Shown here one piece after another: positions 53,793 through 62,063 of a stretch of DNA of 64,000 nt. Origin of the DNA: Solirubrobacteraceae bacterium (GTDB taxonomy: Bacteria; Actinomycetota; Thermoleophilia; Solirubrobacterales; Solirubrobacteraceae). The position numbers and the translations under genes are program-made. The first letter of the stretch is position 1; each line of letters starts with the position of its first letter. Under the pieces are notes generated by a model. It was not told where the DNA came from, did no database searches, and worked only from the letters and a program-made list of their open reading frames with translations. The DNA lies in the NCBI GenBank assembly GCA_045805605.1, contig JBJMKX010000074.1, positions 33,642 through 97,641 on the forward strand, given 5' to 3'.

Positions 53793-54578
53793 CTAGACCG
53801 ACTTCTGGTACGCCCGGAAGGCCCGGGTCGCGAACGCGCCGCACACCAGCGTGAGCGCGGCCAGGAAGCCCGCGCGCGATGCCACGAAGCCCCAGTCGGG
53901 CACCGCCGACACCGCCTCCCGGCCGGCCTCGACCGCCCAGTTGACCGGGTTGAAGTCGGCCACGGTCTGCATCCACCCCGGCAGGAGGTCCTTCTGCTGG
54001 AACGCCGTCGACAGGAAGGTCAGCGGCAGCGTGAGCCCGGTGACGATGGCGATCAGCGTCTCCTCGTGGCGGACGACCAGCGCCATGGCGATGCTCAGCG
54101 TCCCGAAGATCATGCCGAGCAGGATCGACACGGCGAACAGCGCGAGGACGCCTTCGACTCCGCCGTCGAAGGTCGCGCCCACCGCCAGTGCCAGGCCGAC
54201 GATGATCACCGACTGGATCAGCAGCATCAGCGCGCCCTGGGCGATCCGGCCCGCGATGAGCGCGCCGCGCCGGACGGGGGTGACCAGCATGCGATCCATC
54301 ACGCCGCGATCGAGATCCTCGATGACCGGCATCCCCGCCCAGCCGCTCGAGAACAGCGCGGTCATGACCACCACGCCGGGAGCGAGGAAGGTCAGGTAGT
54401 TGTCGCCGGTGAAGCCGGGGATGTCGACGACCTTCTCGAACAGGGCCCCGAACAGCAGCAGCCAGATGATCGGCTGCATGAGGGTCACGACGATCCACCA
54501 GGGCTGGCGCAGGAAGGCGCGCACGTGGCGAACGGTCTGGTCGCGGGAATCGCGCGCGAAGTGGACGGCGGCGGTCAT
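53793..54578 (-). CDS. ABC-2 type transporter permease
   Basis: 261 aa with six TM helices. RQPWWIVVTLMQPIIWLLLFG is a typical ABC-2 start. ATGA overlap with the ATPase stop. Confidence 0.88.
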   Translation of the reverse strand: MTAAVHFARDSRDQTVRHVRAFLRQPWWIVVTLMQPIIWLLLFGALFEKVVDIPGFTGDNYLTFLAPGVVVMTALFSSGWAGMPVIEDLDRGVMDRMLVTPVRRGALIAGRIAQGALMLLIQSVIIVGLALAVGATFDGGVEGVLALFAVSILLGMIFGTLSIAMALVVRHEETLIAIVTGLTLPLTFLSTAFQQKDLLPGWMQTVADFNPVNWAVEAGREAVSAVPDWGFVASRAGFLAALTLVCGAFATRAFRAYQKSV

Positions 54579-55567
54579 CGGTTCTCCTCCTTCTCGGCCG
54601 CGTCGAACGTGCGGCCGGCGTAGCGCAGGTAGACATCGTCAAGCGACGGACGGGCCACGGTCACCGAGGCGACCCGCACCCCCCCGGCCTCGAGCGCCTG
54701 CAGGACGTGTGGCACGGCACGCGCGCCGTCGTCGCTGCGGGCACGCAACGCGGTGCCCTCGACGCTGATCTCGCGGAGGCCCTTGACTCGCTCGAGCGCC
54801 CGCGTGACCTCGCCGTTGTACGCACCTTCGAGCTCGACCACGACGGCGTCGCCGCGCAGGTCGGCCTTGAGCTCTTCGGGGGTCCCGCGCGCCACCACTT
54901 TCCCGCGGTCGACGATCGCCAGCTGCTTGGCCAGCCGATCGGCCTCCTCGAGGTAGTGCGTCGTGAGCAGCACGGTGATGCCCTGGTCGGTGCTCAGCCG
55001 CTCGATCTCGCGCCACATGTCGGCGCGGACCTCAGGGTCCAGGCCGGTGGTCGGCTCGTCGAGGAAGAGCACGCTGGGCTGGTGAACGAGCGCCATGCCG
55101 ATGTCCAGGCGCCGCTGCATGCCGCCCGAGTAGGTGCGGCCAATGCGGTCGGCGGCGTCGCTCAGCCCGAACCGATCCAGGAGCGCGTCGATCCGGTCCT
55201 CGAGCGCGCGTCCGCGCAGGCCGTACATCTGGCCCTGCAGGCGCAGGTTCTCGCGCCCCGTCGCCTCCCGGTCGACGCCCGCCTTCTGTGCGACGACGCC
55301 GATCGAGCGGCGCACCGCGTCGGCCGCGGCGACGACGTCGTGACCGGCGACCGAGGCCGTCCCCTCATCCGCCCGCGAGAGCGTCGTGAGGATCTTGACC
55401 GCGGTGGACTTGCCGGCCCCGTTGGGCCCGAGCAGCCCGAACACCGTGCCGGGCTCCACCGCGAAGTCGAGCCCGTCGAGCGCGCGGACGTCGCCGGGGT
55501 ACGTCTTGCGCAGGGCCCGGGCTTCGATGGCGTGTTCCATGTGGGTCTCCGTTTCGGGTAAGCTCAT
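54575..55567 (-). CDS. ABC transporter ATP-binding protein (DrrA-like)
   Basis: Walker A GPNGAGKST, signature YSGGMQRRLDIGMAL, Walker B LFLDEPTTGLD. The start is ATG 55567 or ATG 55540. Confidence 0.92.
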   Translation of the reverse strand: MSLPETETHMEHAIEARALRKTYPGDVRALDGLDFAVEPGTVFGLLGPNGAGKSTAVKILTTLSRADEGTASVAGHDVVAAADAVRRSIGVVAQKAGVDREATGRENLRLQGQMYGLRGRALEDRIDALLDRFGLSDAADRIGRTYSGGMQRRLDIGMALVHQPSVLFLDEPTTGLDPEVRADMWREIERLSTDQGITVLLTTHYLEEADRLAKQLAIVDRGKVVARGTPEELKADLRGDAVVVELEGAYNGEVTRALERVKGLREISVEGTALRARSDDGARAVPHVLQALEAGGVRVASVTVARPSLDDVYLRYAGRTFDAAEKEENR

Positions 55568-55640
55568 CTTGACCGTCGGATATCTTACTGAATGAGATTC
55601 TTAGATGTCAAGGGAGAATGACCGGTGGGAAGAGGTGCGC

Positions 55641-56108
55641 ATGGAGCTCGGCAACGAGTTCCGCTATCTCCAGACCGACTTCGAGGACATCGACACCGCG
55701 GTCGCGGAGTACTTCGGTCTCAACAAGACCGACATGCGGGTGCTCGACTTCGCCACCCGCGGCGAGAAGCCGATCACCGCGGGCGAGATCGCTACTGAGA
55801 GCCGCCTGTCAACGGGCGCGGTGACCGCCGTCATCGACCGCCTCGAGAAGGCGGGTTGGGTGCGGCGGCGCCACGACCCGGATGACCGCCGTCGCGTGCT
55901 CGTCGAGATCACCGAGCAGGCCCAGGCGAGAATGGACGAGGTCTGGGGGCCCATGATCGAACGCGGCCGCCGGCGCCACCAGCACTACACGGTCGAGCAG
56001 CTCGAGTTCCTGCGCGACTTCATGCGGCTGGCCCGCGCGGAGACCAACGAGCACGCCGAGCGAATCCGCCAGATGACCGCGAAGCGCAAGCGCGACGCTG
56101 CCGCTTAA
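55641..56108 (+). CDS. MarR family transcriptional regulator
   Basis: ORF 55605..56108. I prefer ATG 55641, which lies 5 nt after GGGAAGAGG. ITAGEIATESRLSTGAVTAVIDRLEKAGWVRRRHDPDDRRRVLVEIT. It is divergent from the ABC-2 pair. The intergenic region is AT-rich and carries TTGACC and the imperfect palindrome ATCTTA-N5-TGAGAT (55582..55598). Confidence 0.88.
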   Translation: MELGNEFRYLQTDFEDIDTAVAEYFGLNKTDMRVLDFATRGEKPITAGEIATESRLSTGAVTAVIDRLEKAGWVRRRHDPDDRRRVLVEITEQAQARMDEVWGPMIERGRRRHQHYTVEQLEFLRDFMRLARAETNEHAERIRQMTAKRKRDAAA

Positions 56109-56118
56109 GTACCTGCAG

Positions 56119-56982
56119 CTACGCCGGCGCGGGCGCCACGGGCGCCTCGGGCCGGTTGGCCCGCCAGGCGGCGACGATCAGCGTGCCGAGCCCGATGGCG
56201 ACGACCACGATCGCCACGAGCGCGTTCACGAAGGGGATGAGGGCGAGCACCTGCACGATCAGCAGCCCAAGCAGGAAGGCGACGAACCGGCCGGCGTCGC
56301 GCAGGATCAGTCGCCCGAGCACGAAGGTGCCGGCGACGTAGCCGACGGCCCACAGGGGGATCAGCGCGAGCAGCAACCCGATCCCGAGCGGGATCCCGAC
56401 GAGCGTGACCAGCGCGATGACCGCCACGATCGGCAGCCCGATGAGCAGCAGCGCACCCCAGCCGGCCACGGGGCCGGGCGACCGTCGCCACGCCGCGGCG
56501 AGCGCCTCGAACCCGCGCGGCCACAGCGCGATCAGGATGAGGCCGAGCACGAGCGCGGACACCGTCTCGGCGAGCCAGAGCAGCAGCGCCCACGCGAAGC
56601 CCGACCACGGGCTGACGTCCCACTGGAACTCGTCGACACTCCCCCCGACGTCGGCGCCGGGGGGGATCACCGGCCGGGTGTCGCGCCAGTTGACGTCGCC
56701 GCCCACGACGGCGCGAGGCGCGAGGACGATCTGGCCGTTGAGCGCGGTGACGTCGCCGCCGACCCGGCCGCCGGGGACGCGAACGTCGCCGTTGAACGCG
56801 ACCACGTCGCTCGTCACGCGGCCCCGAATGGTCACGTTGCCGTCGAACGCGACAACGTTGCCCACCGTCTCGGTCGGGCCCACCAAGACGGGCCCGGTGA
56901 TGACGATTCGGTCCTTCGCCGCGGCGCACGCGGGGAGCGCGAGGAGGAGCGCGACGGCGATCAGTACCGCTTTCCGACCCAC
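56119..56982 (-). CDS. lipoprotein-signal protein with bactofilin-like beta-helix repeats fused to a polytopic membrane domain
   Basis: ORF 56119..57012, with GTG 56982 preferred. LLLALPACAAA is a lipobox. Repeats GNVVAFDGNVTIRGRVTSDVVAFNGDVRVPGGRVGGDVTALNGQIVL, followed by about 5 TM helices. Confidence 0.7.
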   Translation of the reverse strand: MGRKAVLIAVALLLALPACAAAKDRIVITGPVLVGPTETVGNVVAFDGNVTIRGRVTSDVVAFNGDVRVPGGRVGGDVTALNGQIVLAPRAVVGGDVNWRDTRPVIPPGADVGGSVDEFQWDVSPWSGFAWALLLWLAETVSALVLGLILIALWPRGFEALAAAWRRSPGPVAGWGALLLIGLPIVAVIALVTLVGIPLGIGLLLALIPLWAVGYVAGTFVLGRLILRDAGRFVAFLLGLLIVQVLALIPFVNALVAIVVVAIGLGTLIVAAWRANRPEAPVAPAPA

Positions 56983-56996
56983 GAGGGGCCGATCAT

Positions 56997-58466
56997 ATGC
57001 AGGTGGCCGCACCTGCTGCAGGAATTGGCGCCCTCCCCGGACTGACCGAAGCCAACCGCCGGTGGTGGACGCTCGCGGGCACCTGCATGGGCCTGTTCGT
57101 GCTCATGCTCGACTCGACGGTGATCAACCTCGCGCTCACGCCGATCGCGCACGACATCGGCGCGACCACCGCCGGGCTGCAGTGGGTCGTCAACGGCTAC
57201 CTGCTGGTGCTGGCCGCCACCGTCGTTACGGCGGGCCGCGTGGGGGACATCCTCGGGCGGCGCGCGGTCTTCTTCGCCGGCATGGCGCTGTTCGCCGCCG
57301 GATCGATCGTTTGCGCCACCTCGAGCGGCGAGGAGGTGCTCGTCGGCGGCCGCCTCGTACAGGGCCTCGGCGCGGCCCCATTGCTCGGCCTGTCGCTGGC
57401 GATCGTCTCGGCGGCCTTCTCGGCCGACGAGCGGACCAAGGCGCTCGGCATCTGGGCCGGCGTATCGGCCGTGGCCCTCGGCATCGGCCCGCTGCTGGGC
57501 GGGGCGCTGATCGAGGCGGTCAGCTGGCGCTGGCTGTTCTGGATCGACCTGCCGTTCTGCCTGCTCGGCGTCATCCTCGTGCTCGCGTCGACCGCTGAGC
57601 AGCGCGATCCGGGCGCCCGCCGGCGCATCGACGTGCCCGGGGTGATCGCCGTCGGCGCCGGGCTCGCCCTGGTCGTGCTCGCGCTGGTCGAGGGCAAGAC
57701 CTGGGGCTGGACCTCGGCGGCGACGCTGGCCTCCTTCGGGACCGGCCTCGCCTGCCTGGTCGCGTTCTGGTTCGTCGAGCACCGAGTGGCATCGCCGATC
57801 GTCGAGTTCGGCCTGTTCCGCAACGGTCCCTACTTCGGCGCCAGCGCCGCGGGGTTCTGTCTCGTGGGGTGCTATTGGGCGGTGATGTTCCTGCAGCCGC
57901 AGTACCTGCAGGAGGCGCTGAAGCACTCGACGCTGGTGGCGGGCGTGATGGTGCTGCCCATAACCGCGCCGATGATCGCCCTCTCGCCGCTCGGCGGGCG
58001 CCTGATCGCGCTCATCGGGACCCGTCCGCTGATGACGTGCGGCATGGCGCTGGGGACGGCGGGGCTCGTAGTGCTGGCCCTGGTGGGCCCGTCGACAGGC
58101 TACGGAGTGGTGTTCGGCGGCTACCTGCTCTTCGGGCTGGCGCTGGGCTTCGTCTACGCGCCGATGTCGGCGGCGGCAATGACCGCGATGCCGCAGGACA
58201 AGGCCGGCATCGCCGCCGGCGTGCTGGCGATGAACCGCGTCCTGGCCGGCGCGCTGACCCTCGCCGTCGCCGGGGCGCTGTTCCAGCACGTGCTCGTCGA
58301 CGACACCGCAGCGCACGAGCCGGTCCGGAGCGCCTACACGTCAGCGCTCTCGGCGGCAAACTGGGTCCTCGTCGCCCTGTGCGCCATCGGCACCGTGCTG
58401 ACCTGGGCGTTCGTGCGCGACGCGCAGCCCGGGGCACACCGGCATCACCGGCACCTGCACTTCTAG
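56997..58466 (+). CDS. MFS transporter, DHA2 (14-TMS) family
   Basis: FVLMLDSTVINLALTPIAHDI, GRVGDILGRRAVF. GAGGGG lies upstream of the ATG. Confidence 0.9.
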   Translation: MQVAAPAAGIGALPGLTEANRRWWTLAGTCMGLFVLMLDSTVINLALTPIAHDIGATTAGLQWVVNGYLLVLAATVVTAGRVGDILGRRAVFFAGMALFAAGSIVCATSSGEEVLVGGRLVQGLGAAPLLGLSLAIVSAAFSADERTKALGIWAGVSAVALGIGPLLGGALIEAVSWRWLFWIDLPFCLLGVILVLASTAEQRDPGARRRIDVPGVIAVGAGLALVVLALVEGKTWGWTSAATLASFGTGLACLVAFWFVEHRVASPIVEFGLFRNGPYFGASAAGFCLVGCYWAVMFLQPQYLQEALKHSTLVAGVMVLPITAPMIALSPLGGRLIALIGTRPLMTCGMALGTAGLVVLALVGPSTGYGVVFGGYLLFGLALGFVYAPMSAAAMTAMPQDKAGIAAGVLAMNRVLAGALTLAVAGALFQHVLVDDTAAHEPVRSAYTSALSAANWVLVALCAIGTVLTWAFVRDAQPGAHRHHRHLHF

Positions 58467-58516
58467 TGAAATCGCTTCACGAACGCGAGCGCCCTCTCGG
58501 CGACCTCGCCGGGTCG

Positions 58517-58546
58517 TTGACAGTCGAGCGCGCGGCGGGATAGCGT
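58517..58546 (+). promoter_or_regulatory. candidate sigma-A promoter of the three-gene operon
   Basis: -35 TTGACA (58517..58522), an 18-nt spacer, then -10 TAGCGT (58541..58546, TAnnnT type). It lies 60 nt upstream of ATG 58606. Confidence 0.5.
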
Positions 58547-58605
58547 CGCGTCGCGCTGTCCGAACGGTCCCCCACCGCGCCGCTGCCCGCGCCGGCCGAC
58601 CGGCC

Positions 58606-60324
58606 ATGAGGTCGTTGTGCCGGGAGATGGCGGCTCCCTGGCCGGGGCTGCAGTTCCCCAACGGCACGTACCCCGACTACCTGCACCACGACGAGGCGCC
58701 CGCGAGCACGCGCTACGGGGAGGCGATGCTCGGTTACGGCCTGTTGCAGACGGGCGTGCGTGAGGACGACGACGCGCTGATCGACGCCGGCCTGCGCGGG
58801 TTGCGGTGGTTCGTGCGGCAGACCGAGCTCCAGCGCGACCACCCGAGCGTGTTTGCCAACGCGGCGGTGGCGGCGGCGTACAACCTCGCTCGTCGCAAGG
58901 TCGCGGACCGCCCGGTGTTCCTGGACGCGCGCGACGACTGGGAGCACTGGCTCCGGCGCGCCACCCTGCTCTGGCTGCCGGACACCGGGCACTACGCCAA
59001 CAAGTACCTCGTCGAGGTCGTCGCGGTGCTCGAGCTGCTCGACTCCGGGCTCGACTCCAACGTCTCGGGCTCGGTGCTCGCGCACCACGCGACGGCCAGG
59101 CAGCTGGCCGAGCTCCTGATCAACGAGAAGATTCCCGCCATGGCCGACGCCGGGGCGTTCGGGGTCGGCGACAAGCGCGCCTATTTCCTCTCGGACCCTG
59201 AAGGGGGCAACCCGCTCGCGTACCAGGGCCTCTCGTTCGGGATGTACGGGCGCTCCGTGCAGCTGCTGGGCGACCGAGCATCGGATGCCGCCAAGACCGC
59301 GCTGCGCCTCGTCGCGCAGGCATCGTGGGGGCTCATGGGACCCGACGGCGACGTCGCCTACCACGGTCGCTCGCAGGAGCAGGCATGGGCGCTCGCGCTC
59401 ACGGCGGCCGGCGCCGAAGCGGCGGTCGAATTTGCGGACGCCAGCTCCGCGCGGTACCACCCGCTGGCCCAGCGCGCCCTGGCGCGCATCCACGATGTCC
59501 ACGGCGTGGGTTCCAAGGGACTGTTCCTGACCCCGAGCCTCCGGGAGGACATACGGGACCACCGGCACGGGGTCGACACGTATGCGGGCGTCGTGGGATA
59601 CAGCGGTCTTACCCTGGTCGGGGCCAACTGGGCCACCGACCTGCGCGACGACGAGAACCCGCCCGCGGCCGACGGCGGCCCCAACGCGGGGTACGAGTAC
59701 GAGCTGGTTCCGCAAAAGACGTCCTTCGCGGTGGTGCAACGCGACCGACTGTGGTTCGCCGTGCGCGCAGCGGCCAAGACCGCCGCTGACGACCTGCGCT
59801 ACGACTTCGGGCTGGTCGCCCTCAAGACGCCGGCGGGCCACGCTCGCTGGGTCGACGTGGTGCGACCGCGCCCACACACCCGAACGGGACCCGACAGCGT
59901 GGGCCCGGTCCTGCGCCGCTCCGGCGGCATCGGGCTCCCCGAGGGCGAGGCGATCGACGTCGCCGCCGACGGGACGGTCACGGTTACCGGCGGGTTCCGC
60001 ACCGTGGCCGGCGAGTGGCTGCGCCGCGGCGTCCACTTCCGCTTCCAGCCTCACGAGGGCGGGGTGCGCCTGATCTTCCCCACCGAACGCGGCGATCGGA
60101 TCAAGTACTCGGTGTTCTTCGATGCCGACGGCGACGAGCACCCGACGGTCGGGACCAACTCCGTATCGGACACCGTTCAGCGCGTGACGTTCGCCCCCGA
60201 CGCCGAGGTGGCCTTCGACGCGGCCGAGTACGCGTCCGGGCGCGACGCCGCGCTCGTGCGCGCAAACCTCTACTTCAAGGAGAGCGACGGCGGTCCGGTC
60301 CACATCGTCGTGAGGCCGGCATGA
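58606..60324 (+). CDS. uncharacterised protein, paralog A (alpha/alpha-toroid-like N-half with DG loops, beta-rich C-half)
   Basis: 572 aa with no signal peptide by eye. It aligns along its whole length with the next gene: PWPGLQFPNGTYPDY / PWPDLQNDDGTFPDY, RYGEAMLGYGLLQTG / RYGESMLGYGLLRTG, PDGDVAYHGRSQEQAWAL / PDGDLAYMGRSQEQAWAL, DDLRYDFGLVALK / DDLRYDFGLIALK. Confidence 0.8.
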   Translation: MRSLCREMAAPWPGLQFPNGTYPDYLHHDEAPASTRYGEAMLGYGLLQTGVREDDDALIDAGLRGLRWFVRQTELQRDHPSVFANAAVAAAYNLARRKVADRPVFLDARDDWEHWLRRATLLWLPDTGHYANKYLVEVVAVLELLDSGLDSNVSGSVLAHHATARQLAELLINEKIPAMADAGAFGVGDKRAYFLSDPEGGNPLAYQGLSFGMYGRSVQLLGDRASDAAKTALRLVAQASWGLMGPDGDVAYHGRSQEQAWALALTAAGAEAAVEFADASSARYHPLAQRALARIHDVHGVGSKGLFLTPSLREDIRDHRHGVDTYAGVVGYSGLTLVGANWATDLRDDENPPAADGGPNAGYEYELVPQKTSFAVVQRDRLWFAVRAAAKTAADDLRYDFGLVALKTPAGHARWVDVVRPRPHTRTGPDSVGPVLRRSGGIGLPEGEAIDVAADGTVTVTGGFRTVAGEWLRRGVHFRFQPHEGGVRLIFPTERGDRIKYSVFFDADGDEHPTVGTNSVSDTVQRVTFAPDAEVAFDAAEYASGRDAALVRANLYFKESDGGPVHIVVRPA

Positions 60325-62063
60325 GCCAGTGGTCGGATCTGGCGCGAGCGATGGCCGAGCCCTGGCCGGACCTCCAGAACGACGACGGCACCTTCCCGGA
60401 CTACGTCCAGGGCGGCCAACCGGGGGTCAGCGCCCGGTACGGAGAGTCGATGCTGGGCTACGGGCTCCTGCGCACGGGCATCCGCGAGAACGAGCGGAGG
60501 TTCATCGACGCCGGGCTTCGTGGGACGAGCTACGCCGTCGACCACCCGGAGCTGCAGCGCGACCGGCCGTCGGTGTTCGAGGACCTCGCCGTCGCCAGCA
60601 GCTACAACCTCTGCCGGCGTCACCTCGCCGACTATGCGCCGTTTCAGCGCCGCAGGGACGCCTGGGAGCACTGGCTGCGCCGCTCGCGCATGACCCGCCT
60701 GGACAGCATCGACCACTTCGTCAACAAGCAGGTGGTCGAGGCGGCGGGCGTCCTCGAGCTGCTCCGCACCGGCGTGCGCTCGAGCCTTCCCGATGCGACC
60801 CTCGGAGGCCAGCGCGATCACGCTCGTTCCCTGGCCATCGATCTCGCGAACCACCGCGTCCCGGCGATCGCCGACCATGACGGCGTCGCGGTGGACGGCA
60901 CCGAGACGCTCGTCCTCTCGGATCCGCCGAGCTATGCACTCGCCTACCACGCCCTGTCGTGCGGGATGCTCGCCCGCGTGGTCGACCGGCTGGGCGACCT
61001 CGCCACGAGCTCGGCGCGCGACGCCCTGCGCCAGGTCGTGCGCGCGTCGTGGTGGCTCACGGCACCCGACGGGGACCTCGCGTACATGGGGCGCTCGCAG
61101 GAGCAGGCGTGGGCGCTGCCGGCCACCGCCTACGCCGCCGAGGTGGCGGCGGCCGCCCCGGGGTCGGACGTCGCCGAGGACGCCCGTTTCCGCGCGCTCT
61201 CGGCGCGGGCGCTGCAGCGGTTGCGTGACGCGTACACGATCGGGCCGACCGGGTTGTGGATCGTGCCGGCGCTTGCGCTCGACCCGGTATCGGGCTTGCG
61301 CGGCCTCGACCACTACGCCGGCGCCAGCGTCTATTGCGGTCTGACGCTCGTCGCGCTCGGGTGGGTACTCGACGCGCTGGGCGGGCGCGACGTCGCGCCG
61401 GGCGAGATCGGCGGGGATGCGGGCAGCGCCGTCTCGCTCTCGCGCGGCGAGGCCGAGCTCACGATGGTGCGCGACGACGACGCCTGGTTCGCCGTCAAGC
61501 GCGCCTGCAGCCGCTCGGACTTCCCCGATGACCTGCGCTACGACTTCGGGCTGATCGCGCTCAAGCGCTCGACCGGCTCGGCCGATTGGCAGGACCTCCT
61601 ACCGATCCGGCCGCGCACCGAACACCAGCGCGACAGCGCCGGCCCGATCCTGCTGGGGGCCGGCGCGCCGGCCTTCCCGCACGGGCAGAGCATGACCGTG
61701 CGCGAGGACGGGACGGTCGTGGTGAGGGGCGGGTTCCTCGCGGGCGACGGCGAGTGGCGCCGGCGCGGCGTGTCGTTCGCGTTCGCGCGCGCGGGCGCGG
61801 GCGCCGTCCGGCTGCGCTTCGACGCCGTGGCCGGCGACCGGTTCGAGTACTCGGTGTTCTTCGTCGACGACGGCGGCCCGGGGCCGCAGTCCGACGCCAC
61901 CTCGGTCTTCGACGGGTCGCTGCGGGCGACCAGCACGGCGCTTGACGACGTGAGCTTCGAGTCCCGGTACGCCTCGGACGCGGTGCCGAAGCTCGTGCGC
62001 GCGCGGCTCGCGCTGCGGGCCGCGGCCGACGGGCCCCTGGACGTGACCACCGGTCCGGTATGA
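60321..62063 (+). CDS. uncharacterised protein, paralog B
   Basis: Part of ORF 60015..62063 from ATG 60321 (codon 103; ATGA overlap with the paralog A stop). 580 aa. The shared motifs are listed under paralog A. Confidence 0.8.
   Translation: MSQWSDLARAMAEPWPDLQNDDGTFPDYVQGGQPGVSARYGESMLGYGLLRTGIRENERRFIDAGLRGTSYAVDHPELQRDRPSVFEDLAVASSYNLCRRHLADYAPFQRRRDAWEHWLRRSRMTRLDSIDHFVNKQVVEAAGVLELLRTGVRSSLPDATLGGQRDHARSLAIDLANHRVPAIADHDGVAVDGTETLVLSDPPSYALAYHALSCGMLARVVDRLGDLATSSARDALRQVVRASWWLTAPDGDLAYMGRSQEQAWALPATAYAAEVAAAAPGSDVAEDARFRALSARALQRLRDAYTIGPTGLWIVPALALDPVSGLRGLDHYAGASVYCGLTLVALGWVLDALGGRDVAPGEIGGDAGSAVSLSRGEAELTMVRDDDAWFAVKRACSRSDFPDDLRYDFGLIALKRSTGSADWQDLLPIRPRTEHQRDSAGPILLGAGAPAFPHGQSMTVREDGTVVVRGGFLAGDGEWRRRGVSFAFARAGAGAVRLRFDAVAGDRFEYSVFFVDDGGPGPQSDATSVFDGSLRATSTALDDVSFESRYASDAVPKLVRARLALRAAADGPLDVTTGPV

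Noticed and set aside
48969-54623. 1884-aa plus-strand ORF, the longest in the track
   Set aside because: It runs antisense or out of frame across tal-pgi, tkt, treT and the ABC-2 permease. Its composition is dominated by R, G, A, D and P, and no domain is recognisable.
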